DNA of 64,000 nt, from positions 6,944,001 through 7,008,000 of the forward strand of contig CDPCPM010000029.1 of NCBI GenBank assembly GCA_976551045.1, given 5' to 3'. Positions 63,240 to 64,000 of this stretch are shown piece after piece. Origin of the DNA: Glaucostegus cemiculus. Lineage: Eukaryota. Positions within the stretch are counted from its first letter, which is position 1. Each line of letters starts with the position of its first letter. The notes under the pieces were generated by a model that saw only the letters and a program-made list of their open reading frames with translations, was not told where the DNA came from and made no database searches. The position numbers and the translations under genes were made by a program.

Positions 63240-63440
63240 CCTTTTTGTTCTCTCCAACCCACCTCTTTCTCTGCCACTTTGCAATTACTTCTTTCTCTAA
63301 CTTTTCAGTTACAATAAAAGGTCGTTGACCTGAAATGTTAGTTGTGTTTCTCTCTCCACAAATACTGCCTGGACTGCTGAGTATTTCTAGTGTTTTCTGT
63401 CTTTATTTCAGATTATCTACATCTGCACTATTTCATTTTT
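63240..63440 (+). mobile_element. Penelope pLTR fragment with decayed hammerhead stem
   Basis: AGGTC gtt GACCT-GAAAT-GTT followed by ctctccaca...ctgcctggactgctgagtattt. Confidence 0.65.
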
Positions 63441-64000
63441 AGCATTGCCTCTATATTCAGCTCTCCTCAGGTATTCATATGAAGCCTGACATTGCACTAG
63501 AACTAGAACATTGCTAAGAACCTTGACATTTGTCTGTTCCTCCAAAATGGATCACAGTGCAGCCATAGAAATGTGATATTCTTCTTAGTGTCTTGTAAGT
63601 AGGACTAAATTTTCACATGGCCTTTGCAATCCCATATGTCATTTCCCATCAGCACTTTCTTCATAGCTGAAGACATCCTATACACATAAAAATATAGCAG
63701 CTTGGGAGCAGATAACTTACCTTGCCTGGTTTGTTGAGGTTCTTGATTTACTTCCCACTCATATCTTTGTTAGAAAAGACATACAACTGCAGATCTTTTA
63801 ATTTGCCAGTCAACTAGGTTGCCAGCTTTCTGCTGTCATTGTGCCTTTATGTAGCATCAGATTTTATATGCTGCTGTTTCGCAAGCAGGTCTGAATGGAA
63901 TCACATGAGTTAGTATCACACCCTGCCATAAATGAATCCAAAATCAAGTAAGGTTGCACTACTAATAATAATTTCATAAAAGTAATGAACAGAAATCATT

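Noticed and set aside
1-64000. Prokaryotic operon, defence system or intact host gene
   Set aside because: No long ORFs or operon structure; content is vertebrate retroelements and noncoding DNA.

Overview
AT-rich, CpG-depleted, repeat-dense vertebrate DNA. The repeat inventory (CR1/HER1-type LINEs, HE1/V-SINE-type tRNA-derived SINEs, Rex1/Babar LINEs, Penelope-like elements) points to a cartilaginous fish, probably an elasmobranch (inference from recalled repeat families). I recognise no intact host gene: the window looks like a long intron or gene desert, and almost all listed ORFs are decayed retroelement pieces or chance ORFs. Most interesting: (1) Penelope terminal repeats and short fold-back derivatives carry a decayed minimal type I hammerhead ribozyme motif whose stems co-vary between copies; (2) a 2 kb inverted Penelope insertion with a 15 bp TSD; (3) a Penelope-derived mini-element whose centre is replaced by a copy of nearby DNA; (4) a twin-primed CR1 with a ~2.6 kb 5' inversion nested in an older CR1; (5) several unexplained inverted repeats; (6) a few orphan exon-like segments and homeodomain-motif-rich candidate enhancers. 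Boundaries were read by eye and family names come from motif recall, not database searches.
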